A program made the position numbers and the translations under genes. From NCBI GenBank assembly GCA_025363655.1, contig JANYDK010000081.1, forward strand, positions 29,132-93,131: a DNA stretch of 64,000 bases, read 5' to 3'. Source of the DNA: Deltaproteobacteria bacterium. Lineage in GTDB: Bacteria > Myxococcota_A > Polyangia > Polyangiales > JADJMO01. The first letter of the stretch is position 1. Every line of letters starts with the position of its first letter. This document shows positions 29,553 to 38,194 of this stretch, piece after piece. Below the pieces are notes generated by a model. That model had not been told where the DNA came from. It worked only from the letters and a program-made list of their open reading frames with translations, and ran no database searches.

Positions 29553-30122
29553 GTGTCTCGACGCCTCGTCTCGGTCGTCTCGGTCGTCTCGGTCGTCTCG
29601 TTCGTCTCACTCGCGATCGCGCTCACGGGGTGTCCCAGCAAGGACGAGCGCACGAGCGTCGCTCCTGCCCCCGAGAAAGATCGTCCGCGGCCCGAGAAAC
29701 TAGAGCCGACCGTCGATCCGAGCCTTCTCGGCGTCTGGCGCTCGAACGAGACGATGCGCCTGATGCGCGCCGTTCGCGTCGGCAGCACCGTCGAGTTCCG
29801 CGCCGCCGACGACTGGGAAGACACGGGATACTCGAAAGACGATCTCCGCTTCACGCTCGTCGACAACGGCGATGGCACGTACGCCATCACCGAGACCGTC
29901 AAGACGGTCCACCCGAAATCGATGGCTGTCTGCACGTTCGTCATCGCCCCCACCGACGCACCCCGCCCACTCTCGGCGAAGATGATGGGGCTCGAGCGCC
30001 TGTGGATTCGTATCGCGACTTGGACTGCGTCGGTGAGCGATTTGGGAACGTGCACGGCCACGACGGTGACCGGGAACGTCGAACAGATGCTCGAGAAAAT
30101 CTCCGACGCGCCGAAGGAGTGA
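29553..30122 (+). CDS. small lipoprotein
   Basis: GTG 29553. Unusual VS(V)-repeat signal peptide (VSRRLVSVVSVVSVVSFVSLAIALTG|C). Confidence 0.6.
   Translation: MSRRLVSVVSVVSVVSFVSLAIALTGCPSKDERTSVAPAPEKDRPRPEKLEPTVDPSLLGVWRSNETMRLMRAVRVGSTVEFRAADDWEDTGYSKDDLRFTLVDNGDGTYAITETVKTVHPKSMAVCTFVIAPTDAPRPLSAKMMGLERLWIRIATWTASVSDLGTCTATTVTGNVEQMLEKISDAPKE
29565..29606. repeat. 9-bp tandem repeat (TCGGTCGTC x3 plus variants)
   Basis: TCGGTCGTC occurs at 29571, 29580 and 29589, followed by TCGTTCGTC. It is in frame within the signal-peptide coding region. Confidence 0.9.
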
Positions 30123-30154
30123 CCGGGCCATCGCCAGGCCGAAAACGTGACGTC

Positions 30155-31201
30155 TCAGGGCACGAGCGCGGTGAACCAGCTCTCGCCACGGAGGCTCGCG
30201 AGGTCTTCGTCGGTCTTGGCGTGGGTGGCGATCGAGGGGTCGGCGCCGGCGCGGGCGAGGGCGATGGTCAGGGCCGGTCGGGACTTCGGGTCGCCGAGGC
30301 GCGCGTAGGCGCAGGCGAGGTTGTAGGCGGGGAGCGCGAACGAAGGGTCGGCGGCGGTGGCTTTTGCGAAGAGGTCGGCGGCGCCCGCCCAGTCCTTCTT
30401 CTTGTGATGGGCGAATCCGGCATCGTTGTAGGCCATCGCGGCGAATCGAACGGTGGGGAGCGTGGCGGTGAAGAACGTGTCGGAGTACTCGCCATAGAAC
30501 GAGTGCGCGATCGCGCCGACCGTCTTGCCGTCGGGTGAGAGCGCGAGGAGCTCCAGATGGATGCTGCCGTCCTTCGCCGCGGGCGTCGGGTCGCGAAGGA
30601 CGATCGAATACGACGGCGCCGGCTCGCCCTTCACCTTGGCGCCGATGCGCAGCGTTTCGGGCGCGGAGTCGTCCCATTCGATCGAGAGATCGCGGGCGAA
30701 GGCCCAATCCCGCTTCGGCTGCGAGATGCCCATCGCCTTCAAGCGCGCCTCGAGGGCCGCGTGCTTCTTCGGATCGGTCTCGCTGGTCTTGAGGTCCTCG
30801 TCGTCGAACGTGTCCGCTGGGCTCCCGTCGAGATGTCCGAACTTGCAGTGTTCGCCGCCCAATCCGCCGCTTTCCTGGCAGTACCCGAAGGCCTTCGAGT
30901 CGGCGGACCACCCGACCGCGGCGGCGTGATCCATCATGCTGCCTCCCGGTGGCGGGGTGGGATCGAGGACGACGGTCGAGAACGATCCCGGCGCACCGAA
31001 GTCGACGCGATCGAGCGTCGGCAATGGCTTCGGCGAAGCGCTCGCGCTGGACGACGCCTTCGCCATTGGATCCGCCTTTGCGCTCTCCCCGGCCGCTTGG
31101 GTCACCGACGAACCTTGGCTGCGTGTGCATCCGACCACGAATGCGAGACCCATGAGCCCAGTCAGACACAAGGAGCGCATGACGAGCGACGAGCGATGCA
31201 T
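30155..31201 (-). CDS. lipoprotein with C-terminal TPR-like helices
   Basis: MHRSSLVMRSLCLTGLMGLAFVVG|C. C-terminal segment AYNDAGFAHHKKKDWAGAADLFAKATAADPSFALPAYNLACAYARLG. Confidence 0.65.
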   Translation of the reverse strand: MHRSSLVMRSLCLTGLMGLAFVVGCTRSQGSSVTQAAGESAKADPMAKASSSASASPKPLPTLDRVDFGAPGSFSTVVLDPTPPPGGSMMDHAAAVGWSADSKAFGYCQESGGLGGEHCKFGHLDGSPADTFDDEDLKTSETDPKKHAALEARLKAMGISQPKRDWAFARDLSIEWDDSAPETLRIGAKVKGEPAPSYSIVLRDPTPAAKDGSIHLELLALSPDGKTVGAIAHSFYGEYSDTFFTATLPTVRFAAMAYNDAGFAHHKKKDWAGAADLFAKATAADPSFALPAYNLACAYARLGDPKSRPALTIALARAGADPSIATHAKTDEDLASLRGESWFTALVP

Positions 31202-31445
31202 GTCCGAAGAACGCACTGGATCGGGAGTGTCGTCCGCGGATCGCGTCTAGCCAAGTAAGAAAGTCAGGTGCGCGCGACGCCAGGGCGGAAGGGAGTCAGC
31301 GGCATGCGCCAGGCAGCCATCGAGCGTGCGAGCGCGACGGCGACGATCGCCGATGCGAGGATGAAGGGCACTCCGAGAATGTGATTGTCCGCGGAGAGGC
31401 TATACGTCGCTCCATAGGTGACCGGTGATTGTCACACGCTCGGCT

Positions 31446-32801
31446 TCAAGGCTTCTCGCCGAGGTCTCGGAGCCGCCCACAGGCCTCGTCGTCGTGATTC
31501 GCACACAGCACGCGGAGGGCTCGGACTCGCTGGTCGACGGGCGCCGCCAGCTTGGTCTTCGCGAGACAAGTGCACGCGTAGATCGTTTGGTTTTGGCAGT
31601 GGCGATCGAGCTCGTCGAAGAGTCGCTTGCGAGCATCATTGGCGAGCGAAAGTCCGTAATCCGTCACGAGGTCGGAGAGATCTTCACAGCCGCGTGCGAT
31701 GCCCGCCGTGCACACCTCGTCGAAATACGTCGCTGCGCGTGCCTTGTCGGGAGTGCCCACGTCGACGCAGACGTCGACCTGAGAACAAGTGCCCCCGTAC
31801 GACTGCATGAGCGCCGAGCAGCCACCAGGGTCTCCGCGATCACATGCGCGCTCGAGGTAAACGCACGAATCGACGAGTGAGCAAGAGCCTCTGTACGACT
31901 GCCCGAGCGCCAGGCACGCGTCGGAATCTCCACCCTTGCATTCGCGCTCGAGCAGCTTGATCGCGCGCGCCGCATCGGTCGGCAGACGCGTACCGTCGAC
32001 GTAGATCTTGGCGAGCCGTTCACACGCGTGGGGGACTCCGCCATCACACGCCGCATTGCACTCGGCGATGCTCCCTTCCGTGCAAACTCGATACGACGCT
32101 CGCTTCGACAGTGCGAGCTCGGCAGCACAAGCGTCGCTCATGCCTCCGGCGCAACTGGTGCGGAGCGATTGTTCGACTGCCATGCAATTCGCCAGGGAAT
32201 TGCCGGAGCCGCACAGCCCCTTCGCGAACTCGAGCGCCAGCCCGCACGGCTCTTTCTCGCCGAGATCGCAGGCGCGCTTGGCTGCGGCGCTCGCACGGGG
32301 GAAGTCCCACGAGTCCTTCGTGAGATAGATCTTCGCCAGCGCCGTGCACGCGCTCGCCAAGCCAGTGTCGCACACGGCGCGACACTCGGCGGCTCCTCGC
32401 CGACAAGCCCGATCGGCAACCGCCGTCGCGTGCTCGGCGAGGTCGTGACACTCCGAATGGGCCTTGGTCTTCGCGCAGAAACTCCTCTCCTCTTCCACGG
32501 CAGCGAGACACTCCGAAAGCGCCCCGTCCCGACAGGCCCACGTCGCGCGCGCACTCACGAGCTCGCGTTGCAAGTCACATCCATGCTTCTCGTCGAGCAA
32601 ACAGAGGTGCTCGGCGGCCACGAGCGCACGCCGGTAATCGGGCCGCGCGGCCCACGCTCCCGCGGTATCGAGCGCTGCGATGGACAGACATGCTTGGGCG
32701 CTGCCGCCCATGCACGCTGCGTCCACGGAAGGAGCTCGCGCGTCAGGTACACAGCCCACGAACGACAGCACGGCAACGATCGCGAGAGAGCGCACGCTCA
32801 T
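31446..32801 (-). CDS. Cys-rich Sel1/Hcp-like repeat lipoprotein
   Basis: Trimmed to ATG 32801 (MSVRSLAIVAVLSFVG|C). It has about 50 Cys in recurring C-x-x-x-C...LAKIY-type helical repeats. Confidence 0.7.
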   Translation of the reverse strand: MSVRSLAIVAVLSFVGCVPDARAPSVDAACMGGSAQACLSIAALDTAGAWAARPDYRRALVAAEHLCLLDEKHGCDLQRELVSARATWACRDGALSECLAAVEEERSFCAKTKAHSECHDLAEHATAVADRACRRGAAECRAVCDTGLASACTALAKIYLTKDSWDFPRASAAAKRACDLGEKEPCGLALEFAKGLCGSGNSLANCMAVEQSLRTSCAGGMSDACAAELALSKRASYRVCTEGSIAECNAACDGGVPHACERLAKIYVDGTRLPTDAARAIKLLERECKGGDSDACLALGQSYRGSCSLVDSCVYLERACDRGDPGGCSALMQSYGGTCSQVDVCVDVGTPDKARAATYFDEVCTAGIARGCEDLSDLVTDYGLSLANDARKRLFDELDRHCQNQTIYACTCLAKTKLAAPVDQRVRALRVLCANHDDEACGRLRDLGEKP

Positions 32802-33475
32802 GTACCTGCCTGCCCTTTCGCGACATAGATGTACGCGTCGAACTCGAGCGCGATGCCCTCGAGGGGATACGGGGCAGAGGCGACGCGTGCAGTGTCCTTC
32901 ACGTCCAGCCGGCGCGCCCCCTCGGGAGCAGCCTCGCTGTTGCGCAGGGCGCCCACGCAAGCAGATGCGAGGCCCGCATCGCACGCGAAGAGATAGAGGC
33001 GCCAGGCGGTGCGAGCGTCTCGAGGGACGCCGTGACCTGCCTCGTACATCGAAGCGAGCGCCTCACACCCAGCGCCCACTCCGACCAAGCACTGCGCCGC
33101 GCAGGCAGACACGTCGCCGCCCTCGCAGATCGCTTCGGCGGCGTCGGCAGCCCCCTCCGTTCGCGCCAGCCGAGCAAGGTTCCAGCACGCCCCATCGGCC
33201 CGCGCACCGCACGCCGAACGGTAGAGCGAACGCGCGGTCTCTTCGTCGGAATCGACGCCGCGCCCGAGCTCGTACATCGCGCCGAGGTTGTCGCAACTGA
33301 ACGGGTTCTCCGCGAGGCACCCTTCGACACACTCGCGAAGATCTCCGAACGAGCACACGGACGCTTGGGCAGACACGACCGTCTTCGACCACGCAGGCGG
33401 GGCGACGGAGTCCGCGGCACACGACAGCGCACTCGTCGCCACGAACGAGACGAGAACGCGAGCGAACGGCGTCAT
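32798..33475 (-). CDS. Sel1 repeat protein with paired cysteines (Hcp-like)
   Basis: Trimmed to ATG 33475. Signal peptide present. Sel1 consensus NLGAMYELGRGVDSDEETARSLYRSAC and LASMYEAGHGVPRDARTAWRLYLFAC. ATGA overlap with the downstream gene. Confidence 0.75.
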   Translation of the reverse strand: MTPFARVLVSFVATSALSCAADSVAPPAWSKTVVSAQASVCSFGDLRECVEGCLAENPFSCDNLGAMYELGRGVDSDEETARSLYRSACGARADGACWNLARLARTEGAADAAEAICEGGDVSACAAQCLVGVGAGCEALASMYEAGHGVPRDARTAWRLYLFACDAGLASACVGALRNSEAAPEGARRLDVKDTARVASAPYPLEGIALEFDAYIYVAKGQAGT

Positions 33476-33566
33476 CGTGGGGGAAAGCGTCGAAGGCGCC
33501 TCCGCATTCCGATCGCGCTCTCGAACCGAGGCTCGAAGGGCTTCGAGGCCGCCGGCTTCGTGACCC

Positions 33567-35321
33567 CTACTTCGTCGCCGGATCGAGCGGTGCTCCGTCG
33601 CACGCGTCACCCGCGCCGTCAGAGTCGCTGTCGGCCTGCGCAGCGCCGTCCATCAGACGAATCGGATTGAAGATGTCGGGGCAGATGTCTTTCGCGTCGT
33701 CGATGCCGTCACCGTCACGGTCAGTCGTCGAGATGCCCGCCGGATAGGTGTCGCGATAGGGCACGCAGGTCGGCTCGTCCTTCGGCGCCGTCCCGCGGCA
33801 GGCAAAGAGCGGGTAGAACGCGGCCGCCGTCTTCACCGAGGCGAGCGTGACGCCCGGATCGTCGAGGCAGACCTTCTTCGCTTGGCCGCAGACGTCGAGC
33901 GCCTCGCAGCCGGTGGGCGCGAGCGCGTCGATGAGGGTGGCGTCGCCATGAAGCGGCTTGCCACCGCGGAGGACGAGGAGCACGTCCTCGGGGCTGCCCT
34001 CGATGATCGCGCGGTAGTCGGTCTTGCCGTGGGGCGAGAAGACGACGACGTCGGCGACGAGCCCGGTCTTGAGGCTGCCGATTTGGTTGTCGAAGCCCGA
34101 CGCCTTGGCGGCGTTGATCGTCACCATCTGCCACAATTCCTGGTCGGTGAAGACCCCGGGGAAGTACTTGAGCGAGAGCGAGTCGGCGCAGGCGAGCTCG
34201 CGCAGAATGCTCATCGAACCGGACGCCAGCCAATCGGTGCCGAGCGCGATCTGCACGCCCATCTTCTTCATCGTCGTCACCGACGCCGTGTTGCCGTAGA
34301 GATCCATGTTCGAGCGCGGCGACCACACCACCATCGCCTTCGCCTTCGCGAGGACGTCGATGTCTTTGGCGTTGAGCGCGACGGCGTGGATGACCGCGGT
34401 ATGGCCGCTGATGACGTTGTTCGGATCGACGTCGAGGCAGTGGAACTCGTTCTCGGAAGCGAGGCTGATGCCCTCCGAGATGTGCGGGATGTAGTTGCCG
34501 AAGGCGAACGCCGCGCTCGGCGTGATGATCTTCGGATAGGCGCAGCCGGAGGTGACCTCCTTGCCCGCGGTGTCACCGAGCGGGAAGGTGTCGAAGCGCG
34601 CGGTCTTGCCGCTCAGCCCCTCGGTGAAGGCGGCCGTCGCCGAAGCGACGTCGCGGACGAGGCCGGCGTTGCCGCCACTGCCGACCACCGAGGTGGTGCC
34701 GCCGAGGAGATGCCGGAGCTCGGAGGCCGCGAGCACGTTCGCGTCCGAAGTCGACTTCGGCTGGCCCGCCAACTTGGTCGTGCCGTCGCCCGCAGGATCG
34801 CCGCCGGTGCGCCACCCTTGGCGCTCTTGGTAGCGCTTGGTCCCGGAGACGATCGGCGCCGCGACGTTGTAGTCGAGGTGCTCGTGCGCGTTGATGAGCC
34901 CGGGCGAGACGATCGAGTCGTGGCAGTCGAGGTGCGTGGCCGCCGCATAGGCCGCGTTGGCGCTGCAGTCGGCGTCGACGCAAAGCAGCGTGCCCTTGCC
35001 GTCGAGCGCGCTGACGAGGATTTCGCCGTTGATCGGGCCACTCTCGCCGAGGATGCGACCTTTGATAGAGACGCCGGCAGTGCCCTTGGCGGTGACGGTG
35101 CACCCCGAGCCGGGCGGTGCATCGCCGCTGTCGGCGGGGACGACGTCGGGAGGATTGCTGCCGTTGTCTTCGACGTTCGCGTCGCCCCCGGCGGTGTCGA
35201 CGACGACGTCCGAGTCGGTGCCAGGCTCGGTTCCTCCACCGCCGCTGCCGCTGGAACAGCCGAGAGCGAACGATGAGGCGAGGACCGAGACAACGAAGGT
35301 CGAAACCAATTGGGCGCGCAT
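33567..35321 (-). CDS. amidohydrolase-family lipoprotein with thrombospondin-type-3-like Ca-binding tail
   Basis: Trimmed to ATG 35321 (MRAQLVSTFVVSVLASSFALG|C). Metal motif GLINAHEHL. C-terminal DRDGDGIDDAKD and DSDSDGAGDACD. Confidence 0.8.
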   Translation of the reverse strand: MRAQLVSTFVVSVLASSFALGCSSGSGGGGTEPGTDSDVVVDTAGGDANVEDNGSNPPDVVPADSGDAPPGSGCTVTAKGTAGVSIKGRILGESGPINGEILVSALDGKGTLLCVDADCSANAAYAAATHLDCHDSIVSPGLINAHEHLDYNVAAPIVSGTKRYQERQGWRTGGDPAGDGTTKLAGQPKSTSDANVLAASELRHLLGGTTSVVGSGGNAGLVRDVASATAAFTEGLSGKTARFDTFPLGDTAGKEVTSGCAYPKIITPSAAFAFGNYIPHISEGISLASENEFHCLDVDPNNVISGHTAVIHAVALNAKDIDVLAKAKAMVVWSPRSNMDLYGNTASVTTMKKMGVQIALGTDWLASGSMSILRELACADSLSLKYFPGVFTDQELWQMVTINAAKASGFDNQIGSLKTGLVADVVVFSPHGKTDYRAIIEGSPEDVLLVLRGGKPLHGDATLIDALAPTGCEALDVCGQAKKVCLDDPGVTLASVKTAAAFYPLFACRGTAPKDEPTCVPYRDTYPAGISTTDRDGDGIDDAKDICPDIFNPIRLMDGAAQADSDSDGAGDACDGAPLDPATK

Positions 35322-35427
35322 AGGGGGCGGCACCCTAGCTCGTGAGCTTCGATCACGCCACGTCTCGCGTGTCACCCAACCGCGCATTCGATTGACGAGT
35401 CGCGTCAGCGCGCACACCTTTCGCCGC

Positions 35428-36333
35428 ATGCTGCCCGAGGCGACGGATTGGGTCACGTACAGCGCCCTCGACCTCGGTTCGCCATGCTTCGTCGAAGCCG
35501 CCACCGTGGTCGCCGCGCGCTGCGGAATCAGCGGCGATTGGGCACGTTTTTCTGGTGGATCGTATCCGGTGCTGGGCAGCGCGACGCACGTCGTCAAGCT
35601 GACGCCGCCCCTCGCGCTCCATCAGCACGTCGCCGAACGGCAAGCCCTCCTCGCGCTCGAGGCCGCGCGCTCCCCCATCTCCGCACCACGCCTCGTCGCT
35701 CACGGTGAGCTCGAGGGTTGGAACTACCTGGCGATGACGCGCGTCTCCGGTGAGGCGATCTGGGACGCCTGGGCGAGCTTCGAGCGGCCCCTGCAGAGGC
35801 GCGTCGCGCGCTACGTGGGGACGTTGCTCGCACTTCTTCACGATGTGCCTTTTCGCGATCACTTCGAGCTCGCTGGCGATGACGGTCTCGTGCGACAGAG
35901 GCGCGAAGTACGCAATCGACACCAGCGACGTGGCATCGAGGGCGCGGCGCTCGATGAGATCGAGGTGCTCGCTGAGCGCGCCGTCTTCTCGAGCCCACCG
36001 GTCTTCCTCCACTCCGATCTCCACGGCGCGCACATTCTCCTGCGCGACCCCAACCTCCCCGCGGTCCTCGACTTCGGCGACGCGCAGGCCGGCCCCGCCG
36101 CCTACGACTTCGTAACTCCAGTATGTTTCTACTTCGGCGGTGACGAGGTGCTGCTGGCGGCGATGTTCGACGCCTACTCGCGACGCCGCGCGGTGCCCCG
36201 CCTCGAAGAGCTCCGCGCCGCGACCGTGCTGCACCTCTTCAACGATCTCGACGCCACGCTCACCCGCCTCGGCCTCCCTCCGCGCACATCGGTCACCGAC
36301 GCACTGACGCGGATTTGGGGCACGAGGGACTGA
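35428..36333 (+). CDS. aminoglycoside-phosphotransferase-like (APH/kinase fold) protein
   Basis: Trimmed to ATG 35428. Catalytic loop HSDLHGAHILL and DFGDA. Confidence 0.75.
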   Translation: MLPEATDWVTYSALDLGSPCFVEAATVVAARCGISGDWARFSGGSYPVLGSATHVVKLTPPLALHQHVAERQALLALEAARSPISAPRLVAHGELEGWNYLAMTRVSGEAIWDAWASFERPLQRRVARYVGTLLALLHDVPFRDHFELAGDDGLVRQRREVRNRHQRRGIEGAALDEIEVLAERAVFSSPPVFLHSDLHGAHILLRDPNLPAVLDFGDAQAGPAAYDFVTPVCFYFGGDEVLLAAMFDAYSRRRAVPRLEELRAATVLHLFNDLDATLTRLGLPPRTSVTDALTRIWGTRD

Positions 36334-37845
36334 CTACGCACCCTTGCGGAAGATCTTCGCGTAGTGCTCGCTCACTTCGGTGCCGGCGAGGCGCGTGAAG
36401 AAGGTCGAGTAGCTCATCCAGATGGCGAGGCCGTTGAGGTCGCGGAAGGTCGACGGCAGATAGCGCGGCGGCTTCACGACGCCGTCGTTGGTGCGGGCGA
36501 AGAGCACCGGCACGTCTTCGTGGGCGACCTTCCCGACGAACAAGAAGGGGATGAGCTCGGGGCGATCGTGCTCGATGCACGCGCGGATGAAGGAGTAGTT
36601 GAGGACGATGCCCTTCGAGTAGCAGATGTCCTTGGTGAAGGGCGCGCCGCCGGTGGTGGTGCCGCCGCGGAAGACGCGCCGGGTGGCGTTGAAGCAGTCT
36701 TCCTCTTCGTAGCCTTCGGTCCGGTACCAATCGAAGACCTGGACGAAATCGGCGCCGTCTTCTGCCTTGTCGACCGCGAGCACGCGATCGTTGAGGCGAC
36801 GCGCGCGCCGCGGATAGGTGCGGAAGGTGAAGATCTCCATCAGCGCGGCGAGGCCTTCTTGCGCCGCGGTGGTGCGGGGCGGGCCCTTGCTCAGCCACTT
36901 GGCGACCGGTTGCGCTTGTCCGTTGAGCGACGTCGCCAGGTGGACCCAACCTTCGTGCACTTCGAAAAGATCGATGTCGCGCATCGAGAACTGCGCGCCG
37001 CGGCGAATCTTCACGTAGTCGCTGCCGGCGGCGGCGTCGGCGAAGATGCCGTCGTCTTCGGCCACGCGCACGGTGCTCTCGCCGAAATAAGCGGTGAGCC
37101 TCGCGTTGAGGATGTCGACCGCCTTCGTCGCCGGGACGTCGCGAGGGCTCGGAGAGCCGAGCTCGTCTTGGAGGTTCGTCAAAAGGTCGTAGAGGACGAA
37201 GGCGCTGTCGCGGACCGTCGTCTTGCCGTCGGGATACATGTCCTTCGGCGAGCCGTAGAGCTTGCGTGAATAGGCGTAAAAACCAGGCGTTCCACGCGCC
37301 TGGAGCATTTGCACGACGTCGCGGAACTGCTGCGCGGTGGCCGTCAGGATGTGCGCGAGCCCGTCGGAGCTCGGCAGATCTTTCTCGATGTCGCGGATGA
37401 TCTCGTCGAACTCGGCGACCTTCTGCTTCGGGTCGAGGCCAAGCTCTTCGCCGTAGCTCTCGGGGCCGATCTTGGGGACGTCTTTGAAGCGCGAGCGCTT
37501 GAAGGTCTCCCAGATCGAAGGGTCCCACTTGATGGAGTTGAGGACGCGGATCGGCTTCTGCGCTTCGACGATGCGGCCCGAGAGGTTGGCGATGATCTCT
37601 TTGTACGAGCGCCAGGGCCCCGCTGCGGGCGGAGGCGGAATGCTCGGCGTCGTCGGCGCTGCGGGCGTGAGCTTGGGGACGATTTCGAGCGCAGCGACGT
37701 CGCCTGGACGCGGGGTGCCGAGGGGCATCGTCCGCGGCGCGCCGTTCTCGTTGGCGACCGGCGCCGGAGAAGGCCGATCTGACGGTGGCTCCGCCGCCGC
37801 ATCGCGAGGACGCGGTCTCGGCGTATCGCCGTCGGCGCGGCTCAT
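36334..37845 (-). CDS. DUF1704 / QEGLA-motif protein (MATCAP-like putative metallocarboxypeptidase)
   Basis: QEGLA motif (TAAQEGLAALME) and HEGWVH (HExxxH spacing). A roughly 85-aa Pro-rich N-terminal extension is present. Confidence 0.85.
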   Translation of the reverse strand: MSRADGDTPRPRPRDAAAEPPSDRPSPAPVANENGAPRTMPLGTPRPGDVAALEIVPKLTPAAPTTPSIPPPPAAGPWRSYKEIIANLSGRIVEAQKPIRVLNSIKWDPSIWETFKRSRFKDVPKIGPESYGEELGLDPKQKVAEFDEIIRDIEKDLPSSDGLAHILTATAQQFRDVVQMLQARGTPGFYAYSRKLYGSPKDMYPDGKTTVRDSAFVLYDLLTNLQDELGSPSPRDVPATKAVDILNARLTAYFGESTVRVAEDDGIFADAAAGSDYVKIRRGAQFSMRDIDLFEVHEGWVHLATSLNGQAQPVAKWLSKGPPRTTAAQEGLAALMEIFTFRTYPRRARRLNDRVLAVDKAEDGADFVQVFDWYRTEGYEEEDCFNATRRVFRGGTTTGGAPFTKDICYSKGIVLNYSFIRACIEHDRPELIPFLFVGKVAHEDVPVLFARTNDGVVKPPRYLPSTFRDLNGLAIWMSYSTFFTRLAGTEVSEHYAKIFRKGA

Positions 37846-37851
37846 AGCTCG

Positions 37852-37881
37852 TTTATACCACGAGCCGGACCAGGTTTTCCA
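37852..37881 (-). promoter_or_regulatory. candidate sigma70-type promoter giving a leaderless mRNA for the QEGLA gene
   Basis: On the minus strand: TGGAAA (37881-37876), an 18-nt spacer, TGgTATAAA (-10 at 37857-37852), then 6 nt to ATG 37845. No Shine-Dalgarno sequence is visible. Confidence 0.3.
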
Positions 37882-37954
37882 GGGTAATCAGCGCAAACGA
37901 AGAGTCGACGTGCACGCGATTGACGACCTGCGCGGCGGTGTTACGAAAGGGGGG

Positions 37955-38190
37955 TTCCCTCTGCTCGTCTCGTGTGGGGGCCACATTGATCCCCTTTGAG
38001 TATGAACCGGGGTCCGAGGGTGATCCGTTGCGCAAGCCCGGGATTGTTCACTGGGAAGCCTGAAGGTTCGCCGCAAGAGGTCCCCACCTAGCATCTCGCT
38101 AGGGGTTCATGCTGGCCACTTCCTACGGACAGAGCGGTAAGGAACGTATGAACGGCTCACCCTCACAAGGGCGGGCCGTTCACCTTTTTG
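37955..38190 (+). ncRNA. candidate structured small RNA of unknown family
   Basis: Lower-GC stretch with no credible ORF and nested inverted repeats. The possible promoter is TTGACG (37920), a 16-nt spacer, then TACGAA. The stretch ends at a hairpin followed by a T5 run. The 5' end is a guess. Confidence 0.3.
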
Positions 38191-38194
38191 TTTC
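38150..38194 (+). terminator. rho-independent terminator-like hairpin
   Basis: GAACGGC (38150-38156) pairs with GCCGTTC (38175-38181), with an inner CCCT-CACA-AGGG hairpin. It is followed by ACC, then TTTTT (38185-38189). Confidence 0.45.

Noticed and set aside
31264-31371. A possible 35-aa single-TM micro-ORF on the minus strand (VPFILASAIVAVALARSMAAWRMPLTPFRPGVART) in the 244-bp gap between two lipoprotein genes.
   Set aside because: It has high GC3 and a hydrophobic helix, but only a GTG start with no spaced Shine-Dalgarno sequence and no family evidence. It is too weak to call without ribosome profiling or conservation data.
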